A stretch of DNA of 50,917 nucleotides from contig CAYNDR010000003.1 of NCBI GenBank assembly GCA_964395295.1, positions 3,594-54,510 on the forward strand, read 5' to 3'. Positions 45,691-50,917 of the stretch are shown here, piece after piece. How positions within the stretch are numbered: position 1 is the stretch's first letter; every line of letters begins with the position of its first letter. A model generated the notes under the pieces. The model was given only the letters and a program-made list of their open reading frames with translations, searched no databases and had not been told where the DNA came from. The stretch comes from an uncultured Planctomycetales bacterium. Lineage in GTDB: Bacteria > Planctomycetota > MHYJ01 > JACPRB01. The position numbers were made by a program, and so were the translations under genes.

Positions 45691-48600
45691 ATGAAGACGT
45701 TGCTCGGAACCATCGGAGTATTCCTGGCGGCCTCCGCATGGGCGCAGGAGCCGGACCTTGCGACTCTGGAAAGGCAGTTCCGGGAAGTCCCCAAGGAGGC
45801 GCAGCGCCTCACGGGGCCGCTCTTCTGGCTCCACGGGGACGAGAGCCGGGAGCGCCTCGAGACGATCCTCGAGAAGGTCGCCGAGAGCGGCAACGGCTGC
45901 TTCACCGCGGAATCCCGGCCGCACAAGGACTGGCTGGGGGAGGGGTGGTACCGGGACCTCAAGATCTGCCTCGACGCGGCCAAGCGGCTCAACCTGGAGA
46001 TGTGGATCTTCGACGAGAAGTGGTGGCCCAGCCAGATGCTCGGGGGGAAGGTCCCGCCCGAGTACGGGAGCAAGACGATGGCCGCGGAGGCCGCGCCCGT
46101 CGATGGGCCCAGGCGGTTCGCGGCCGAGGGGTACGGCGGGAAATTCTTCATCGGCGCGGTCGCGGGAAGGGAGTCCGACGGTGGGATCGACGGCGCGAGC
46201 CTCGTGGACCTGGCCCCGCACCTCCGCGACGGCCAGCTCTCCTGGGACGCCCCCGCCGGCCGCTGGCAGGTGATGAAGTTCACCTGGTCGTTCACCGGGG
46301 CCAAGGGGATGCAGCAGAAGATGATCGCCGTGGACGGCGCCAGCCGCGACTGCGTGGACTGGTTCCTCAAGACCGTCTACCAGCCCCACTACGACCGCTT
46401 CAAGGAGGACTTCGGCAAGACCATCCGCGGCTACTTCTACGACGAGCCGGAGACCCTGGGCGACTGGGGCCCCGAGGCGATGAAGGTGCTGGCGGAGCGC
46501 AAAGTCGACTGGAAGAAGGCCCTCGTGGCGTGGAAGTTCAGGCTCGCCGGCGAGGAGCAGGTCGCCGCGCGGTACCAGTACGCCGACGCCTTTGCCGAGG
46601 CCTGGGGCCGGACGATGTACGGCGGGATGTCGAAGTGGTGCAAGGAGCGGAAGGTCGTTTCCATGGGCCACTTCATGGAGCACGGCACCGACCTCTTCAG
46701 CCGCCAGCTCTGCGCCGGGAACATGTTCCAGCTCCAGAAGCACAGCGACATGGGGGGGATCGACCTCGTCTGCCAGCAGTACTACCCCGGCCAGAAGAAG
46801 ACGGGCCTCTTCCAGATGCCCAAGCTGGGGAGCTCGATCACGCACGTCTACGGCAAGGCGGATGACCTCGCGATGTGCGAGATCTTCGGGGCCTACGGGC
46901 AGCATATCACCTATCCCCAGATGAAGTGGCTCACCGACCAGATGCAGGTGCGCGGGGTGAACTTCATGGTGCCGCACTCGTTCAACCCGCGCGCCCCGTT
47001 CGACACCGACTGCCCGCCGTACTTCTACAACGGCGGATTCGAGCCGCGCTACCCGCTCTACCGCGTCTACGCCGACTACACGAGCCGGCTGAGCCTCATG
47101 CTCAGCGGCGGCCGCCACGTGGCGCCGGTCGCGTTCCTCTTCCTCGGGCAGAGCTATCACGCCGGCCGGAAGATCCGGCCGGACGAGCTCACCAACGCGC
47201 TCGACGACGCCCAGTACGACTGCGACTGGATGCCCTACGACGCGTTCGACGAGGCCGCGCTCGAGGGGAAGGAGATCCGGCTCCACCGGGAGCGCTACCG
47301 GATCCTGATCGTGCCAGCCGCCGAGGTGGTCCCAGAAGAAACGCTGGAAAAAGCCCGGAAGTTCTTCGAGCAGGGCGGCGTGGTGGTCGGCTACGGCGTC
47401 CTGCCTTCCAAGTCCGCGACGCTCGGCAGGACGTCTGCGGACATCGCGGCGGTCACCGAGGCGATGTGGGGTGCCGGGGCGTCGCCCGGCCTCGCGGCCT
47501 GCAGGACGAGCCCGGCGGGGGGGAAGTCGTATTTCCTCCCGGAGCGGCCCTCGCCGGCCCAGCTCAAGCAGGTCTTCGCGGACGCGGGCGTCCGCTCCAC
47601 GCTGGAGGTCGTCGAGGGGGAGACGGGGAACTGGCTCCACGTCCTCCACCGCGTCAAGGCGGGGCGGGACGTCTTCCTCGTGTGCAACCAGAACCACCAG
47701 GGCGCGGCGCGCCGCTTCACGTTCCGCGTCACCGCGGAGGGGGAGCCCGAGGGCTGGGACGCGATGAGCGGGGCGGCCTTGGCCGTGCCGTTCCAGCGCC
47801 GCGACGGGAAGACGGTGGACGTGAGCCTGTCGCTGGAGCCGATGGAGAGCATCCTGCTCGTCTTCATGCCGAAGGCGCGCCCGCTGCCTCCACGGGAGGG
47901 GAAGGCGGTGCGGGACCCGGTCGAGGTGGTCCGCGACCCCTCCGCGAAGTTCGAGTCTCCCGCGCTCCCCGGCGAGAAGGAGGCCCCGCCGCTCGACGGC
48001 TGTTCGTGGGTGTGGTATCCCGAGGGGAATCCCGCGGCCGCCGCGCCGCCCGGGACCCGGTGGTTCCGGGGGCGCCTGGCCATCCCCGGCGGGCGCAAAA
48101 TCCGCAGGGCGAATTTCCTGGTGAGCGCGGACAACTCCTTCGTCCTCCACGTCAACGGCCGCAGGGCGGGGGAGGGCGGCGAATGGTCGTTGCCGGAAAA
48201 CCTCGACGTGACCGCGCTCCTCAAGGCCGGGGAGAACGTGTTCGCCGTCGAGGCCTCGAACGGCACGGACCAGCCGAACCCGGCGGGATTGATCGGGGTC
48301 TGCAAAATCGATCTCGAGGGCGGCGAACCTCTCGTGGCGCGCATCGACCGTTCGTGGAAGGCCGCGAACGGGGAGCAGTCCGGATGGGAGAAGCCGGGCT
48401 TCGACGACGGCGCATGGGCGGCGGCGAAGGAGATCGCGCCGTTCGGCGGGGGGCCGTGGGGCCGTCTGGGGGGCGCGCGAGGGCGGATGACCCTGAGCCC
48501 GCTCAAGGCCGATCCGTTCTTGGGCCGCTGTGAGCTTCCGGCGGGCGCGGACCTGAAGGCGTGCCGCGCCTTCCTCGAGATGGACGACCTCCCGGCGCCG

Positions 48601-48777
48601 GAGATTTCGGCCGCGGTGAAGGTGAACGGGAAGGCCGCGGGGGGCTGTATCGGCCGACCGTTCCGGGTGGAGGTCACCCCGTTCCTCAAGGCGGGGGCGA
48701 ACACGATCGAGATCCAGCCCGTGTCCCCGAAGTCGGCGCGGCTGGTCTTCCTTGAGAAAGAGGGACGGGATCGCTGA
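45691..48777 (+). CDS. Large secreted glycoside hydrolase, GH106-like, with a C-terminal beta-sandwich module
   Basis: ATG at 45691 after GGGAGGAG. Signal peptide MKTLLGTIGVFLAASAWAQE. PLFWLHGDES...EMWIFDEKWWPSQMLGGKVP parallels the preceding gene. The C-terminal module at about 47985-48470 is homologous to the insert in the GH78 gene. Confidence 0.6.
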   Translation: MKTLLGTIGVFLAASAWAQEPDLATLERQFREVPKEAQRLTGPLFWLHGDESRERLETILEKVAESGNGCFTAESRPHKDWLGEGWYRDLKICLDAAKRLNLEMWIFDEKWWPSQMLGGKVPPEYGSKTMAAEAAPVDGPRRFAAEGYGGKFFIGAVAGRESDGGIDGASLVDLAPHLRDGQLSWDAPAGRWQVMKFTWSFTGAKGMQQKMIAVDGASRDCVDWFLKTVYQPHYDRFKEDFGKTIRGYFYDEPETLGDWGPEAMKVLAERKVDWKKALVAWKFRLAGEEQVAARYQYADAFAEAWGRTMYGGMSKWCKERKVVSMGHFMEHGTDLFSRQLCAGNMFQLQKHSDMGGIDLVCQQYYPGQKKTGLFQMPKLGSSITHVYGKADDLAMCEIFGAYGQHITYPQMKWLTDQMQVRGVNFMVPHSFNPRAPFDTDCPPYFYNGGFEPRYPLYRVYADYTSRLSLMLSGGRHVAPVAFLFLGQSYHAGRKIRPDELTNALDDAQYDCDWMPYDAFDEAALEGKEIRLHRERYRILIVPAAEVVPEETLEKARKFFEQGGVVVGYGVLPSKSATLGRTSADIAAVTEAMWGAGASPGLAACRTSPAGGKSYFLPERPSPAQLKQVFADAGVRSTLEVVEGETGNWLHVLHRVKAGRDVFLVCNQNHQGAARRFTFRVTAEGEPEGWDAMSGAALAVPFQRRDGKTVDVSLSLEPMESILLVFMPKARPLPPREGKAVRDPVEVVRDPSAKFESPALPGEKEAPPLDGCSWVWYPEGNPAAAAPPGTRWFRGRLAIPGGRKIRRANFLVSADNSFVLHVNGRRAGEGGEWSLPENLDVTALLKAGENVFAVEASNGTDQPNPAGLIGVCKIDLEGGEPLVARIDRSWKAANGEQSGWEKPGFDDGAWAAAKEIAPFGGGPWGRLGGARGRMTLSPLKADPFLGRCELPAGADLKACRAFLEMDDLPAPEISAAVKVNGKAAGGCIGRPFRVEVTPFLKAGANTIEIQPVSPKSARLVFLEKEGRDR

Positions 48778-48780
48778 AGG

Positions 48781-48820
48781 GGCCTGCCGGACGGGCGGGG
48801 ACGGCGGCCTATTTGTTTTG
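48781..48820 (+). terminator. Candidate intrinsic terminator ending the rhamnoside operon
   Basis: GGCC(T)GCCG-N12-CGGCGGCC stem (4+4 bp with one bulge), followed by TATTTGTTTTG, 4 nt after the stop codon. The next gene starts 86 nt later. Confidence 0.45.
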
Positions 48821-48905
48821 CGGATATCGCTCCGTTATTCTAAACTGAAGCTTCCTGTTGGGCTGGCTTTCTCCTTCGATCATCAGTGTTTTGGATGGGG
48901 GCATC

Positions 48906-50369
48906 ATGGATTCTCATGGACGGCGGCTTCTCAAAGCCTTGCTGTGCGTCGCGGCGGTCTCGGTCGCCGGGTGCTACGGTTCCGATTCGGTCGAACTGAA
49001 GGGCCCCGGCGTCCTCCAGTTCGGCGCGGCGACCTACAGCGTCAGCGAGGGCGCGGGGATGGTGACGATCACCGTGACCCGGACCGGAGGCACCACGGGG
49101 ATCGTTTCCGTGGATTACGCCACGGCCGACGGGACCGCGATCGAGCCCGGCGACTACACCGCGGCCACCGGGACGCTCAACTGGGCCTCCGGGGACTCCG
49201 CCCCGAAGACCTTCACCGTGACCGTCATCGACGACGGCGCCCCGGAGACCTCGGAGGACTTCACCGCGACGCTCGGGAGCCCGGTCGGGGGCGTCCTGGG
49301 CACGGTCGTCGCGACGACCGTCACGATCACCGACAACGACAATAACGGGACCCTGGCGTTCAGCTCCGCGGCCTACGGCGTCGGCGAGAGCGGAGGGACG
49401 GCCACGATCACGGTCACGAGGACGGGGGGCAGCCAGGGCATCGTGGGCGTGAGCTACGCCACCGCCGACGGCACGGCCACCCAGCCGGCCGACTACGCGA
49501 CCGCCTCGGGCACGCTCTCCTGGGGCGACGGCGACGTGGCGGACAAGGCCTTCACGGTGAGCATCGTCGGCGACACGGCCGTCGAGGGCAACGAGGTCGT
49601 CGCCCTCTCGCTGGCCACGCCCACGGGCGGGGCCACGCTCGGCCTGGCCGCGGCCGCGCTCACGATCAACGACGACGATGCCTACGGGGAAGTGGTCTTC
49701 AGTTCCGCCACCTACAGCGGGCTCGAAGACGCCGGCGCGGTGACCATCACGGTCCGCCGCATCAACGGCAATGCCGGGGCGGTGAGCGTCGATTACGCCA
49801 CCGTGGCGGGCGGCACGGCCACCGCGGGCGTGGATTACACGGCCGTGCCCGTGACGACGCTCAACTGGGCCGACGGCGACACGGCCGACCAGACCTTCGC
49901 TGTCTCGATCACGGCGGACGGGACGGCGGAGCCGAACGAGACGGTCAACCTTCAGCTCAGCAATCCGCAGGGCGGGGCGGCGCTCGGCGCGCCTTTCATG
50001 GCGGTCCTGACCATCCAGAACGACGACGTCTCGCCGGCCGGCACGATCGCCTTCGCCTCGGCGGCCTACAACGTCTCGGAGGCGGTGGACTTTGTGGATC
50101 TGGTCGTGACCCGGACCGGGGGTTCGACGGGGATCGTCACGATCACGGCCAACACGGTCGGCGGCGGCACCGCCTCCTCCAACGAATACAATCCCATCGT
50201 CAACGTCGTGCTGACCTGGGCCGACGGCGATCCGGCGAACAAGACGGTCACCCTCACGATCAAGAACAACGCCGACGTGGGCGAGACGATGATCGTGGAG
50301 CTCAGCCTCCCCACGGGAGGCGCCGTGCTCGGCGCCCCGTCCCAGGCGGTCGTGACCGTCGTTCCTTGA
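48906..50369 (+). CDS. Lipoprotein with four tandem Calx-beta domains
   Basis: Start MDSHGRRLLKALLCVAAVSVAGC (lipobox). Four units of about 110 aa, each with F..A.Y.V.E..G...ITV.R.GG..G.V.V.YAT.DGTA..G.DY....GTL.W..GD...K.F.V.I..D. Confidence 0.85.
   Translation: MDSHGRRLLKALLCVAAVSVAGCYGSDSVELKGPGVLQFGAATYSVSEGAGMVTITVTRTGGTTGIVSVDYATADGTAIEPGDYTAATGTLNWASGDSAPKTFTVTVIDDGAPETSEDFTATLGSPVGGVLGTVVATTVTITDNDNNGTLAFSSAAYGVGESGGTATITVTRTGGSQGIVGVSYATADGTATQPADYATASGTLSWGDGDVADKAFTVSIVGDTAVEGNEVVALSLATPTGGATLGLAAAALTINDDDAYGEVVFSSATYSGLEDAGAVTITVRRINGNAGAVSVDYATVAGGTATAGVDYTAVPVTTLNWADGDTADQTFAVSITADGTAEPNETVNLQLSNPQGGAALGAPFMAVLTIQNDDVSPAGTIAFASAAYNVSEAVDFVDLVVTRTGGSTGIVTITANTVGGGTASSNEYNPIVNVVLTWADGDPANKTVTLTIKNNADVGETMIVELSLPTGGAVLGAPSQAVVTVVP
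49003..50366 (+). repeat. Four tandem coding repeats of about 330 nt (Calx-beta units)
   Basis: Repeat units begin at GVLQFGAATYSVSE, GTLAFSSAAYGVGE, GEVVFSSATYSGLE and GTIAFASAAYNVSE. They are divergent at the DNA level, which points to old duplications. Confidence 0.8.
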
Positions 50370-50397
50370 CAACCGACTCTTTAGAAAGGTGCGGATC

Positions 50398-50917
50398 ATG
50401 AAAAACCTCGCGATAGCGGCGATCCTCATGGCCGGCGGCCTCGCGGCCTGGACCCCCGACGCCTTGGCCGACGACTCGGCCTTCTCCCTCTGGGATCCCC
50501 TCCGGCAGCAGGACGAGCCCAAGCCGGCGGCCCCGGCCGTGGATCCCGCCCAGGAGCCGATGAGCGACCCGATCGACCTGGAGCATATCGAGGCTGAAGC
50601 CCTCATCGGAGTGCTCGTGTTCGGCGGCGATTTCGATTCGGATCCCAGGGCGGTCGGGAGCCTCCTCATCCGCGCCCCCCTGCCGTGGCTGTCCCGCGAC
50701 CTCGTCGGGCTCGAGACGGACGACTTCGGCGGGTTCCTGCAGGTGTCGCTCTCGTCGATCGACCGCGACACGAACCCCGAGGCGGAGGAGCCGGACGGCG
50801 TCCTCTTCTTCGCGGCCCTCGGGATCGACTACACCCTCTACCGGGACGAGGAGTTCATGGCCCTGGCCCAGGTGGGCGTCCAGTATGGATACTTCGGGGA
50901 CGTCACGGAGACGGACA
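50398..50917 (+). CDS. Secreted hypothetical protein (N-terminal part; gene runs off the window end)
   Basis: ATG at 50398. Signal peptide MKNLAIAAILMAGGLAAWTPDALA. The frame stays open to the window end with strong GC3. Alternating hydrophobic pattern (LFFAALGIDYTLY, AQVGVQYGYF) suggests a beta-barrel. Not in the ORF track because it lacks a stop. Confidence 0.5.
   Translation, partial: MKNLAIAAILMAGGLAAWTPDALADDSAFSLWDPLRQQDEPKPAAPAVDPAQEPMSDPIDLEHIEAEALIGVLVFGGDFDSDPRAVGSLLIRAPLPWLSRDLVGLETDDFGGFLQVSLSSIDRDTNPEAEEPDGVLFFAALGIDYTLYRDEEFMALAQVGVQYGYFGDVTETD

Noticed and set aside
26230-48150. Giant alternative-frame or antisense ORFs: 26230..31269 (-, 1679 aa), 30156..33827 (-), 38532..42854 (+), 38686..42804 (-), 45358..48150 (-) and many similar ones of 100-600 aa.
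   Set aside because: Their composition is dominated by R/G/P/A and they have no recognisable motifs. Each is shadowed by a motif-rich gene in another frame with a signal peptide, an RBS and tight operon spacing.
1-50917. Searched by eye for CRISPR arrays, tRNA/rRNA genes, IS elements, prophage genes and toxin-antitoxin pairs.
   Set aside because: I found no regularly spaced short direct repeats, no cloverleaf-like or rRNA-like segments in the few non-coding gaps, and no recombinase-like ORFs. The only periodic DNA is the coding Calx-beta repeat at 49003-50366.

Overview
Very GC-rich bacterial chromosomal window (about 70% G+C by eye). Most long alternative-frame ORFs in the track are compositional artefacts. 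I support 29 protein-coding genes, two of them cut by the window edges. I recognised no rRNA, tRNA, CRISPR array, transposase or integrase. The gene content looks PVC/Planctomycetota-like (inference): Gfo/Idh/MocA oxidoreductases, a DUF1080 domain, propeller/haem-c proteins, an ECF sigma factor next to a Ser/Thr kinase, HEAT and DUF1566 proteins. Layout: (1) 1-4.1 kb, two Gfo/Idh/MocA oxidoreductases and a divergent propeller/di-haem protein, bracketed by an identical 25-nt hairpin element in inverted orientation. (2) 4.1-10.7 kb, a minus-strand operon with a HEAT-repeat protein, a possible 56-aa ORF and two tandem DUF4140/DUF4139 (MuiA-family) paralogues. (3) 10.8-13.5 kb, a site-2 protease and a GH29 fucosidase. 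(4) 13.5-19.95 kb, the most interesting block. It holds a Cas4-like PD-(D/E)XK nuclease fused to a topoisomerase-type zinc finger. Next comes a lower-GC module with an intact PLD-nuclease/SNF2-helicase fusion, translationally coupled to an Eco57I-like N6-adenine methyltransferase. The methyltransferase loses homology just before the expected NPPY catalytic motif, at an abrupt composition switch, so this looks like a decaying or truncated R-M-like defence island. (5) 20-26 kb, a GH28-like beta-helix hydrolase, a redoxin-fold protein, a VIT-VWA protein and a LacI regulator. (6) 26.3-30.2 kb, a DUF1080 + propeller + tri-haem fusion, paralogous to the protein in block 1. (7) 30.2-34.7 kb, an ECF sigma / Ser-Thr kinase / PDZ-DUF4476 signalling operon. 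(8) 34.7-48.8 kb, a DUF1566 protein and an AraC regulator divergent from a tightly packed rhamnoside operon (rhaT, GH78, URO-D-like, two GH106-like genes). (9) 48.9-50.9 kb, a 4x Calx-beta lipoprotein and a partial secreted protein. All family calls rest on motifs read by eye. No database search was run.
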